DNA from: Promethearchaeota archaeon | Lineage (GTDB): Archaea > Asgardarchaeota > Lokiarchaeia > Sigyniarchaeales > SOKP01 | Assembly (NCBI GenBank): GCA_019058295.1 | Contig: JAHPZI010000020.1 | Coordinates: forward strand, 1 to 42,621 | Length of the DNA: 42,621 bases | Direction: 5' to 3' | Part shown: in pieces, positions 9,832-18,749 of the stretch | Layout: each line of letters begins with the position of its first letter | Numbering within the stretch: the first letter of the stretch is position 1 | Notes under the pieces: generated by a model | The model's input: only the letters and a program-made list of their open reading frames with translations | Database searches by the model: none | What the model was told of the DNA's origin: nothing | Translations under genes and position numbers: made by a program

Positions 9832-10938
9832 TTAAGTTCTATTTTCTTGATATATTTTATCCATTAGTTCTTTATAATAGGCGGGTATTTCTGAACGTTC
9901 TTCACGATGGAGTTTTATTGCCTCAGTTGGACATGTTACAGCACACACTCCACATCCATAGCATTTTGTTGCATCTACACATGCTTTCTTTTCTTCCAAG
10001 GTAATCGCTTTAAAAATGCACCTAGTGGTACAGAGCCCACATCCCTTACATAACTCTTGATTAACAATAGCAATATTATTTGACTTACTTGTATTATATT
10101 GATTTTTATCTTCAAAACGGGTCATACCTCTCATAAGACTACAACAGCACTCACAACAAGCACAAATAATCTGGTGAAGTGACTGCTGAACATTCTCTGT
10201 AGTAAAGACCAATCCTAATTTAGCCATTTTATCAATGTGTTCATGGGCTTCTTCTTTTGTTAATTCTCTACCCTCGCCCCGCTCTAAGAAATAATTGCCA
10301 AATGGTCCTAATTGTAAACAAGATTCTTCAATAGGGTACTTCTCCTTACATTCTCTAATTCCAAGTAATTCCGTTCGACCTCTACATGGACAATCTGTAG
10401 CAACAATTGGACCTATGCAATTATCAATAACGCGATGCATTTCTTCTGCATTAGATATTTCTGAATGATAATTTAAGGCTTGTTCAACCGGAATAACTCT
10501 TGTAAGGGATGTTCCAGCATCCGAAGACTCATATCTTTTATAAAATTTCTCTTCAATGAAGAATTGTAGATATAATTCTGCTGCTTTTTTGCCCAAACGG
10601 TCTAACATCTTTTTGGACTTTAATCCGATATTGAGAAAATGAGCCATTGTCAAAAAATGAGAATACCCTCCAATATCTTGAATAAGAGCTTTTTCCGTTA
10701 ATTCCCGCATGATTTTTTTTGTTTCAGCTCTCTCTTTACCAAGACGTTTGGAAATTTCTCGCAGGCTTAATGGCTTAACCTCTAAATGTTGGAGGATCTC
10801 AGCTTCTTCGGGTGTAAAAAATAATTTAACATACTCACGAAACGCTTCTGAAACATTACCTTCTTTATCAAGGGGAACATCGTTCGGATATTCCCTCATC
10901 TTTCTTATTATCACTTCATAAGGATCTTCTACAGTCAA
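9832..10938 (-). CDS. Cys-rich Fe-S protein: N-terminal wHTH-like region, CxC/ICxCCxCCC domain, C-terminal 2x[4Fe-4S] ferredoxin
   Basis: CPCR, ICACCECCCS, CKGCGLCTTRC and CYGCGVCAVTCP. Paralogous to 14904..16019. Confidence 0.85.
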   Translation of the reverse strand: MTVEDPYEVIIRKMREYPNDVPLDKEGNVSEAFREYVKLFFTPEEAEILQHLEVKPLSLREISKRLGKERAETKKIMRELTEKALIQDIGGYSHFLTMAHFLNIGLKSKKMLDRLGKKAAELYLQFFIEEKFYKRYESSDAGTSLTRVIPVEQALNYHSEISNAEEMHRVIDNCIGPIVATDCPCRGRTELLGIRECKEKYPIEESCLQLGPFGNYFLERGEGRELTKEEAHEHIDKMAKLGLVFTTENVQQSLHQIICACCECCCSLMRGMTRFEDKNQYNTSKSNNIAIVNQELCKGCGLCTTRCIFKAITLEEKKACVDATKCYGCGVCAVTCPTEAIKLHREERSEIPAYYKELMDKIYQENRT

Positions 10939-10944
10939 AACTAC

Positions 10945-11013
10945 TCAAATTACTCCGTTTATTAATAATGGAATTTCTTCTCTTTCAAATCTCTTTATAG
11001 TAATTGCTTCTTC
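10945..11013 (-). pseudogene. Probable 3' remnant of a ferredoxin-domain gene
   Basis: The start-less frame EEAITIKRFEREEIPLLINGVI* resembles the C-terminus (TEAIKLHREERSEIP) of the adjacent Fe-S protein. Stop codons lie directly upstream. Confidence 0.45.
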
Positions 11014-11127
11014 TCATTAAGAATTTAAAAATATTAAATTAACCAATTAACATAACAAAATGTAAATATAACTTAACATATAAAATTAAAAAAGTGTAAA
11101 TAAAAAAAAAAATTGAATAAAATTCAA

Positions 11128-11556
11128 TTATAGACCCTTATCTTCCATTATTTCGCCGGCTAAGCTTGCTATCTCGCCGAAAGCCATCGCATCTTGAAGG
11201 TTTCCTTCGATTGTAAGATCTCCTGCCATGTATGCTGAGGTGGCATCCACTTCTTGTGAAAGCATTCCAGACATTATGCTATATGCTGCTTTCAATGTAA
11301 CAGATACATCAGGACCGTCACCTTCACCATAAGAAATTTCACCTTCTCGGGCGGAAATCCAAAATTTATAATCCTTATCGGTTATTACAAATTGCATGCA
11401 TAAATCTGCATCCTCAACTTCCTCTTTCAAGTCTTCATCTTCTGCGGCTAATTGTTTAAAGACTTCGAAGATCTTAAGAACACTGTTTGGTGGGGCGTTC
11501 TCAGGACCAGCCTCACGTAGGGCTTTTAATTCCTCTATTAATTTTTCATCAACCAT
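11128..11556 (-). CDS. SCP2 (sterol carrier protein-2) lipid-binding domain protein, copy 2
   Basis: Typical SCP2 C-terminal half: PDVSVTL...ATSAYMAGDLTIEGNLQDAM. Confidence 0.9.
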   Translation of the reverse strand: MVDEKLIEELKALREAGPENAPPNSVLKIFEVFKQLAAEDEDLKEEVEDADLCMQFVITDKDYKFWISAREGEISYGEGDGPDVSVTLKAAYSIMSGMLSQEVDATSAYMAGDLTIEGNLQDAMAFGEIASLAGEIMEDKGL

Positions 11557-11643
11557 TTTATATCCCTTTTTTTGATTTTTTTTTGTTTTGGTTTATTAAG
11601 GTTTTAATTTTATTAGATCTTCAAGAATATGAATCAAATTCGG

Positions 11644-12072
11644 CTAAAGGCCCTTATCTTCCATTATTTCGCCGGCTAAGCTTGCTATCTCGCCGAAAGC
11701 CATCGCATCTTGAAGATTTCCTTCGATTACAAGATCCCCTGACATGTATGCTGAGGTGGCATCCACTTCTTGTGAAAGAATTCCAGACATTGTTTCAAAT
11801 GTTGCTTTCATTGTAACAGATACATCAGGACCGTCACCGTCACCATAAGAAATTACACCATCTCGGGCGGAAATCCAAAATTTATTATCCCTATCGGTTA
11901 TTACAAATTGCATGCATAAATCTGCATCTTCAACTTCCTCTTTCAAGTCTTCATCTTCTGCGGCTAGTTGTTTAAAAACCTCGAAGACCTTGAAGATTGC
12001 ATCTGGTGGGGCGTTCTCAGGACCAGCTTCACGTATTGCTTTTAATTCCTCTAATAGTTTTTCATCAACCAT
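11644..12072 (-). CDS. SCP2 lipid-binding domain protein, copy 1
   Basis: Same motifs as copy 2; 122/142 aa identical by manual alignment. Confidence 0.9.
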   Translation of the reverse strand: MVDEKLLEELKAIREAGPENAPPDAIFKVFEVFKQLAAEDEDLKEEVEDADLCMQFVITDRDNKFWISARDGVISYGDGDGPDVSVTMKATFETMSGILSQEVDATSAYMSGDLVIEGNLQDAMAFGEIASLAGEIMEDKGL

Positions 12073-12083
12073 TTTATATCACA

Positions 12084-12215
12084 TTTTTTGGTTTTTTTTT
12101 TGTTTTGTTTTAGTTTTGTTTTATTTTTGTTTTGTAATATCTTTGTTTTATTTTTTTTTTATTTTATTTTTTTTTGTTTTTCTTTTATTTTATTGTTTTT
12201 TTTTTTATTTTTTTT
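12084..12215. repeat. Low-complexity T-rich tract (A-rich on the SCP2 sense strand)
   Basis: About 108 of 132 nt are T on the plus strand (manual count), mostly as T4-T11 runs broken by G or A. Confidence 0.85.
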
Positions 12216-12379
12216 ATCTATCTCCCGAGTAGCATTAAATCCAGAATTATTGAGATTATGAATAACATTTTTAAAACCAATTTTTGTTGAGATTATTATG
12301 ATTAAATCTTATTTAAGGATTACTCTTAGTGATTACCATTAATGGAAAGTTTAAATAAAATCCTTCTAATATTAATACA

Positions 12380-13048
12380 ATGAATAAAAACGGAGAGAGA
12401 AGGGATTTTTCAAAAGAAATTTTGAATTATCTACTAATTAATCCTTCTGGTGTAACTATTACTGATATTGCAAAAGGCATAAATACATCTAGGATTACCG
12501 CTAGCAAATATGTTAGTGTTCTTGAAGCTAAGAAAAAGATAACTACAAAGCAAATTGGAGCATATACACTATATTTCAGTGTCCAAAGAGATTTAATCCC
12601 CAAAAACGTCATGCTTTCTTTTTACACTGGATTATTAAAAGGAATAAAGGAAGAAATTACAGATAAAGAGACATATAAGAAATTTGGCAAAATTATTGCT
12701 GATTTTATGAAATTTCCTTACGGGTCACCTGTTTCTGCTGATATATTACCAAATAAAGGAGGAACAAAGGAGAAATATTACAAGTATATAGGAGAGAATC
12801 TCTCTCTTCTTGGTTTCATCTATGAACGGAAACCTAAAATAAAGACAGAAGTAATGGATGATAAAACATTTTATACGATAAGCGATATAGAATTATTTGA
12901 CAAATCTGAAGATTTTGATGTTCATTATTATATTACTTCGGGCGTTATTGAAAAAATAGCTTCAAGGTTTTTTCCGAAAGCATTTTGCAATGTTGAGGAA
13001 ATAGACGTAAAGAAACGGATTGTAAAAATATCTCTTAAACTTAATTAA
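12380..13048 (+). CDS. Winged-HTH transcriptional regulator with a C-terminal V4R/Bet3-like ligand-binding domain
   Basis: N-terminal TITDIAKGINTSRITASKYVSVLE HTH. The C-terminal pattern (YKKFGKIIA...ITSGVIEKI...CNVEEI) fits a V4R-like fold (inference). Divergent from the SCP2 pair. Confidence 0.75.
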   Translation: MNKNGERRDFSKEILNYLLINPSGVTITDIAKGINTSRITASKYVSVLEAKKKITTKQIGAYTLYFSVQRDLIPKNVMLSFYTGLLKGIKEEITDKETYKKFGKIIADFMKFPYGSPVSADILPNKGGTKEKYYKYIGENLSLLGFIYERKPKIKTEVMDDKTFYTISDIELFDKSEDFDVHYYITSGVIEKIASRFFPKAFCNVEEIDVKKRIVKISLKLN

Positions 13049-13067
13049 TGAAAAATGGTAAATTAAA

Positions 13068-13916
13068 ATGGTTGATAAAAACAGTAAAGAAGACTACCAA
13101 GCAGCGGGGCAAGAAATATATGATAAATTACATCTTGCAACCTATCCTGTTGCGATTAAATTTTATAAGGACGAGAAGGAAATCCCCAGAAATGTGACAA
13201 GACCGCATGTTATGGGGAAGAAAATGAGTATATGCCAGACTTTTACGATGGCTAGAAAGTTTAATCAGAGCTATGCGATTTCACCGAAGGATAATTTTTG
13301 TACTCCCTCTTCTGTTGGATTTGGATGGGTACCAATAACAAAGGAAGAGTTTATCGAGAGTCAGGTGAGACAGAAATGGCATAAGGATGAGGCGGCTGAA
13401 AAACGCAGAGCTGAGAAAATATATATGAGGAATTATCAAAATCTTATTGCTCTGGGATATCGTGGGCTTATTGCTTCCCCACTGCCAGAGACTCGTGTAA
13501 TCCCAGATACCGTTCTGATTTTTGGTAATGGCGCTCAGATTACTCATATAATTCATGCGCTAAATTATGAACATAAAAAGAAATATGCCGTAAGCTCTAA
13601 TTTTGAGGGTTTTGGAGAATCTTGCGGTAAGGGTGGCTTAATGCCATTTATAACTCGTAAAGCACAGATTGTCATTCCCGGTGCGGGAGATCGCGCATTT
13701 GGGGGGATTCAGGATCATGAAATAGCAATTGGCATGCCTGGCAAGTTTATCTTCTATGTTTTACAAAACTTGTTCAAAACAGGTGGTAAACAAGGTCTTG
13801 GCTTCCCTATTCGAGCATTGATCCCTATGGGTTTAACTGAAAACCTTACCCCAGGATTTAAATATATGAGAGAAGTTATTGATAAGAAATTAAAAGAATT
13901 AGAAGAACAAGATTAG
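13068..13916 (+). CDS. DUF169 family protein
   Basis: YPVAIKF, SICQ...AR, FC, PDTVLIFGN..Q, ESCG and PGAGDR...DHEIAIG motifs. Confidence 0.8.
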   Translation: MVDKNSKEDYQAAGQEIYDKLHLATYPVAIKFYKDEKEIPRNVTRPHVMGKKMSICQTFTMARKFNQSYAISPKDNFCTPSSVGFGWVPITKEEFIESQVRQKWHKDEAAEKRRAEKIYMRNYQNLIALGYRGLIASPLPETRVIPDTVLIFGNGAQITHIIHALNYEHKKKYAVSSNFEGFGESCGKGGLMPFITRKAQIVIPGAGDRAFGGIQDHEIAIGMPGKFIFYVLQNLFKTGGKQGLGFPIRALIPMGLTENLTPGFKYMREVIDKKLKELEEQD

Positions 13917-13938
13917 ATTAAATAGACTAAAAAAAAAG

Positions 13939-14877
13939 GTGAAGAATCTGATAAGTCAAGATAAAATACTTAAAGATGGGAAGTTACATATCTTTTTACT
14001 AGGTACCGGAGGTCCTATGGGTAATGAACTTAGAGTCTCACCTGGTATTGCTGTGATTGCAGAAGGAGAGTTTATTCTTTTCGATGTTGGGCCAGGATCT
14101 TATAGGAATGCTAATATATTGAGATTACCCACCGAGAGTTTAAGTGTGATATTCTTTACACACTTCCATTCTGACCATATAGGGGATCTCGGAGAGGCAA
14201 ACATGGATTCATGGGGAAGGGGAAGGACTAAACCCATACAAATTTATGGTCCCAAGGGAGTAGAAAAAGTAGTTAATGGATTCATTATGGCGTATGAGTT
14301 AGATACAGGATATAGAATAGCTCACCATAACGAGGAGATTATGCCGCCAGAAGCAAGCATACCTATAATTAAAACAGTCGATTTAAAAGCTCCTGAAGAC
14401 AGAGAATTAATTTTTGAGAAAAATGGATTAGAAATCTATGCTTTTGAGGTTGATCATTCACCAATTAAACCTGCGTTTGGTTATAGAATAGAATGGAAAG
14501 GTAATATCGTGGTAATAACGGGTGATACTGTAAAAACAGCGAATCTTGTTAAACATACCCAAAATGCGGATATTCTTATTAGTGAAGCAATCTCTTTCGA
14601 TATGTTAAACAACTTAGTAAAGGGTGCTAAACGGTTTGGGCTTGATAGATTTGTAAAACTATTAACAGATGTTCAAGATTATCATATGGAACCTAAAATA
14701 GCAGCAGAATTAGCAAAAGAAGCTGCTGTAAAAAAACTCGTGATTGTCCATATTGTTCCTCCCCTCGCTAATGAAAAGCTTGAAAAAGTGTATTTAAAGG
14801 GTGTAGAGGAAATTTTTGATGGAGAAATTATAATGGGAAAAGATTGCATGAAGTTTAAGCTTGAACCAAAAAATTAA
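13939..14877 (+). CDS. Metallo-beta-lactamase fold hydrolase, RNase Z/ElaC/AtsA-like
   Basis: LLGTGGP, FDVG, THFHSDH, VDH..PAFGYR, TGDT, YH and VH motifs. The exact start is uncertain. Confidence 0.88.
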   Translation: MKNLISQDKILKDGKLHIFLLGTGGPMGNELRVSPGIAVIAEGEFILFDVGPGSYRNANILRLPTESLSVIFFTHFHSDHIGDLGEANMDSWGRGRTKPIQIYGPKGVEKVVNGFIMAYELDTGYRIAHHNEEIMPPEASIPIIKTVDLKAPEDRELIFEKNGLEIYAFEVDHSPIKPAFGYRIEWKGNIVVITGDTVKTANLVKHTQNADILISEAISFDMLNNLVKGAKRFGLDRFVKLLTDVQDYHMEPKIAAELAKEAAVKKLVIVHIVPPLANEKLEKVYLKGVEEIFDGEIIMGKDCMKFKLEPKN

Positions 14878-14903
14878 AAAAATTGATGAAAAGTGAATTA
14901 GTA

Positions 14904-16019
14904 CTAACCTGTAGGAATTACAGTCACAATTCTTTTCCCACTAGTTAAGGATATTGCATTCTCTGGACAAAAATAAGCACATACACCACATCCAATACAG
15001 TATTCTTCAATTCTTTCAGCTTTATCGTCATCATTTAATTCTATAGCAGCCATATGACATTTTTCCACACATGTTCCACACCCTACGCATATGTCCTGAT
15101 TAATTTCTGCTAGAAAGTTAGTCGCATTATTTGTAGGAATGAATGCAACATTTCTACTGTTTGGACAGCAGCAACTACAACAATTACATATCGCTACTTC
15201 CTCTTTATGGATGTCAGAATGGAGATGATATGCTTTATGAACCAATCCTGCTTCTTCGCATTTTTTTAGGATTTCTAATGCCTCCTCTTTAGACACCAGT
15301 CTAGAAAAACCATGATTAGATGTATGTCTCGCAGATTTACCCAAAGTAAAACAATTTTCAAATGAAGAATCGATTTGTTTACATGGATCTTCTAAAACCT
15401 CTTTTTGTTGTCGGCAAAAGCAATGACCCACGGCGATCTCATCGCATTTTTCAATGATTTCTTCAATTTTTTGTGCTGGTAAAATTTGTTCTGTTGGAAC
15501 TTCTAAATCCTTATCAACATTTATTTCTATATTTCCTATAGGCACAGTTCTATCAATCGGGGGCATTTTTTTCATCAAAGAAACATAACTATCGGAATTG
15601 GCTTGGAAAGAACTTCCTATTTCATTATGTAAATTATGACCCAATTCTGCTAACTTCTTAGTTTTCTCAGAATTATCAAGTTCCTTCATAAAAAGATATT
15701 CAAATTGACGCATAATCGGTAAAATTCGATACACCATTATTCCCTGACTATTTGGTTGATTAAATATTACACCATTCTTTGCCAAGGAATCTACTTTCTT
15801 TAAAATTTCTTCTTCAGATAACTTGCTATTTTTCTTTAATTCTTCCATAGTTTGAGAGACATTTCTTCTAAAAGCCATTATAAAATCCAGTTCGTCTTCC
15901 TTTATATTTAGCTTTAAAATGTCCAATAAAGTGTCGCTAACAGGATATGGAAAAGCTCCGGCTTTGTTTAATACACTTGCGACTTTTTTATACTTAGCAT
16001 CTATATTAGCATCTGACAT
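14904..16019 (-). CDS. Cys-rich Fe-S protein with C-terminal 2x[4Fe-4S] ferredoxin (paralog of 9832..10938)
   Basis: CFCR, ICNCCSCCCP, CVGCGTCVEKC and CIGCGVCAYFCP. Confidence 0.85.
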   Translation of the reverse strand: MSDANIDAKYKKVASVLNKAGAFPYPVSDTLLDILKLNIKEDELDFIMAFRRNVSQTMEELKKNSKLSEEEILKKVDSLAKNGVIFNQPNSQGIMVYRILPIMRQFEYLFMKELDNSEKTKKLAELGHNLHNEIGSSFQANSDSYVSLMKKMPPIDRTVPIGNIEINVDKDLEVPTEQILPAQKIEEIIEKCDEIAVGHCFCRQQKEVLEDPCKQIDSSFENCFTLGKSARHTSNHGFSRLVSKEEALEILKKCEEAGLVHKAYHLHSDIHKEEVAICNCCSCCCPNSRNVAFIPTNNATNFLAEINQDICVGCGTCVEKCHMAAIELNDDDKAERIEEYCIGCGVCAYFCPENAISLTSGKRIVTVIPTG

Positions 16020-16158
16020 TTTGATACATTTTTCAATATTTCTTTTTAATAAAATTAGATTAAATTAATATTTTTAAAAATTAGTTAATATAAGTAATTA
16101 ATTATCAATTTTTAATAGAATTTATTTTAACTATAATTAAAAAAAATGAGTTTTTAAT

Positions 16159-16992
16159 ATGTCAAAATCAAAAATAGATTTAAGCTCGATTGGAAAAACA
16201 AATGAGGGATCATTCAAGTACGATTGGAAAAGAGTCGTTTTATATAATTTAGGAATTGGTGCACAAGCAGAAGATTTACCTTTTGTTTACGAAAAAGCAA
16301 AGGGAGGTCTGAAAGCTTTTCCAAGTTTTGCTACAATAGTTGGAGGTAGCGCTCTATTTTTTCCGGGTGGGACAGATTTTGTCCGATTATTGCACGGAGA
16401 GCAATTAATCCGTCTTTATAAGCCATTTAGCCCAAAAGGAACTATTAAAACAAAAGCAGTAATAGAAAATATCTTCGATAAAGTAAAAGCTGCTCTCATA
16501 CATGTAAAAATATCTGGACATTCTAGAGGTGATCATATATTTGATACAAGGTATGTCTTTTTCGTTGGTGGCTCTGGAGGTTTTGGTGGAGATCCTGGAC
16601 CAAAGACTGAACCCTTAAACCCTCCAGAAGGTGTGGAACCCGATTTTAGCATTTCTTTTCAGACAACTACAAATCAAGCAGCATGGTATAGACTTAACGG
16701 AGATTTTAATCCGTTACATATAGATCCGAAATTTGCTAAAATGGCACGTCAACCAAGACCAATCCTACATGGTTTATGTACTTATGGTATTGCTACACGT
16801 TCTATTGTATATGGCCTTTGTGATGGAGATGTGTCCCGCTTTAAAGAATTCAACGCGAGATTTAAAGGTGTCGTGTTTCCTGGAGAGACACTTACGACAG
16901 AAGGGTGGAAAAATAACGGGCGTTATATCATTCAAGTTCGCAAGGAGGATAACACTGTAGTGCTTGGTAATGCCTATGCGATAGTAGAATAA
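16159..16992 (+). CDS. (R)-specific enoyl-CoA hydratase 2 (MaoC double hot-dog, MFE-2 hydratase-like)
   Basis: Hydratase-2 motif YRLNGDFNPLHIDP, plus PILHGLCTYG, LLHGEQ and LYNLGIGA. Confidence 0.92.
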   Translation: MSKSKIDLSSIGKTNEGSFKYDWKRVVLYNLGIGAQAEDLPFVYEKAKGGLKAFPSFATIVGGSALFFPGGTDFVRLLHGEQLIRLYKPFSPKGTIKTKAVIENIFDKVKAALIHVKISGHSRGDHIFDTRYVFFVGGSGGFGGDPGPKTEPLNPPEGVEPDFSISFQTTTNQAAWYRLNGDFNPLHIDPKFAKMARQPRPILHGLCTYGIATRSIVYGLCDGDVSRFKEFNARFKGVVFPGETLTTEGWKNNGRYIIQVRKEDNTVVLGNAYAIVE

Positions 16993-17083
16993 TAAAGTTA
17001 TTTTTTTTGTTACAATTTTAACTTTTAATAAAAAAAACTAATAATTAAAAATTCAAAAAAATAATTAGAGTGATAAATCTAAA

Positions 17084-18361
17084 ATGGAAATGAAAAATGT
17101 ATGGTTAATTGATTATGCCCGCACAGCTTTTTCCCGGTCCAGACCTAAAACACCTGAAAGAGATGTTTTTGGCGAAAAAAGAGGTGATGAAATACTTGCG
17201 GACTTATTAATCAAATTTTTTGACGAAAAATTAGCCAATAAAGGAATTGAAAAAAAAGATATGGAAGAAGTCTCCATAGGTGTTGCTGCGGGTGTGCTTG
17301 AGAGTTGGACTTATGGAGGAAGAACTCCTATTTTCTTGGCGGGCTTTCCTGTAGAAGTCCCATCATTTTTTATCGACCGGCAATGTGGTTCTGCGGGTTC
17401 TGGAATGCATGTAGGCATTATGGAGATTATGACAGGCAATTCAAAATGTGTTTTGGCAACAGGCTTTGAACACATGGGCAGAGAAAGAGGCAAAGGGGTA
17501 ACCCCTAATTTAAAAATGATGGATAAAAAGAGCAAATATTATCGTCCTTATTTAGATATGATAACCGCTTTTAGTATGATTCAAACTGCTCAAAAACTGT
17601 ATGAAGAAGAAGTACCAACATTTACGAAAGAAGATTTAGATAAGTTTGGTGTAAGGAGCCATAATTTAACAATTAAATCCCAAGAAGAAGGTTGGTTTAA
17701 GGGTGAGATTATACCAATAGAAGGGCATGTAGAGGGAAACATTGAGGAACCACTGATGGTTGATAGAGACATGAACGCAAGAAAATCAAACTTAGAATCA
17801 GTATCAAAATTACCACGATTATCAAAGCCTTTCTATTTAGAGAAAAATGGTGGCAGAAAAGGATACATAGAAAGAGAAGGTACAAAAGATGGAGTTATAA
17901 CAGTTGGAAATTCTTCACCTTTAAATGCTGGGGCAACAGCAGCAGTTCTCATGGAAGCTGAAGAAGCTAAGAAAAAAGGTCTTGAACCAATGGCGAAAAT
18001 TGTATCGATTGGATGGGGTGCGGTAGATCCTTCTGTTATGGGTCGAGGGCCTGTTCCTGCAACTCAAAAAGCTCTAGCTTATGCTGGTTTAAAAGCGGAA
18101 GACATAGACTATTGGGAAATTAATGAAGCGTTCTGTATTGTTACATTAAACTGTATGGACAAGTTTAACCTTCCTTGGGATAAAGTTAATATTATGGGGG
18201 GTTCAACTGCAATCGGGCATCCCTTAGGATCAACTATGGTACGGCTTACAGGCACTTTAGCGAGGATTCTGAAAGATAAGAAAGCTAAATATGGTGTTGC
18301 TAATGCTTGTTGCGGAGGAGGTCAAGGAGTAGCTACTATAATAGAAAATCTTGACGCTTAA
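17084..18361 (+). CDS. Acetyl-CoA C-acyltransferase (thiolase)
   Basis: Catalytic DRQCGS, GNSSPLNAGA, NEAF, GHPLG and CCGGGQG. Confidence 0.95.
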   Translation: MEMKNVWLIDYARTAFSRSRPKTPERDVFGEKRGDEILADLLIKFFDEKLANKGIEKKDMEEVSIGVAAGVLESWTYGGRTPIFLAGFPVEVPSFFIDRQCGSAGSGMHVGIMEIMTGNSKCVLATGFEHMGRERGKGVTPNLKMMDKKSKYYRPYLDMITAFSMIQTAQKLYEEEVPTFTKEDLDKFGVRSHNLTIKSQEEGWFKGEIIPIEGHVEGNIEEPLMVDRDMNARKSNLESVSKLPRLSKPFYLEKNGGRKGYIEREGTKDGVITVGNSSPLNAGATAAVLMEAEEAKKKGLEPMAKIVSIGWGAVDPSVMGRGPVPATQKALAYAGLKAEDIDYWEINEAFCIVTLNCMDKFNLPWDKVNIMGGSTAIGHPLGSTMVRLTGTLARILKDKKAKYGVANACCGGGQGVATIIENLDA

Positions 18362-18432
18362 ATAAAAAATTAATTTTTTTTTCAAATTTTTACTTTAATA
18401 AAGAATATTATAATTAAATATATTAATAATAA

Positions 18433-18711
18433 ATGGAACTCGAAAAGTTAATAGGTCAAAAAGTGACTTTGCTTGGCACTGCTAAGGATGCCAAAGGTGG
18501 GGCTGTGTTAATTACAACAGATGGTAATGTGATATACATTAAAGAATTTGAATCATGGTCCCCAGAGCTGTTGGATACGCAAGTATCGGTGAGCGGATTA
18601 CTTAATAAAGAGAAATTTATTCCCGATCCTGTAAAGAATGGAGCGATTAGCTCTGGAGCCTTCGGTTTTCAGTTCGTTTTAGAAAAGGCAGAAATTATTG
18701 TTAATAAGTAG
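18433..18711 (+). CDS. Small hypothetical protein (beta-rich, possibly OB-fold-like)
   Basis: Clean ATG-started 92-aa ORF filling the gap between co-oriented genes. Confidence 0.65.
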   Translation: MELEKLIGQKVTLLGTAKDAKGGAVLITTDGNVIYIKEFESWSPELLDTQVSVSGLLNKEKFIPDPVKNGAISSGAFGFQFVLEKAEIIVNK

Positions 18712-18749
18712 ATTAATTTTAATTGAAATACTTTATTTGAGATTAAAAG

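Larger units (their letters stand above)
11128..12072. repeat. Tandem gene duplication (two 429-bp units, 516-bp offset)
   Basis: Ungapped alignment, including a 65-bp perfect match at 11135-11199 vs 11651-11715. Confidence 0.95.

Noticed and set aside
11014-11016. TGA before the ferredoxin remnant as a Sec codon
   Set aside because: It is directly preceded by TAA with no upstream coding frame and does not align to the Cys of CPxxAI.
11128-11139. Peroxisomal targeting signal at the SCP2 C-termini
   Set aside because: The termini are -KGL, which does not match the PTS1 consensus (S/A/C)(K/R/H)(L/M).
11912-12232. Phe-rich plus-strand ORF (also 11487..11816 and 37192..37398)
   Set aside because: These are antisense shadows of real genes or products of low-complexity T tracts.
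13939-14877. Assigning gene symbol rnz
   Set aside because: The motifs are shared with AtsA-like sulfatases and other phosphodiesterases; tRNase Z identity cannot be established by eye.
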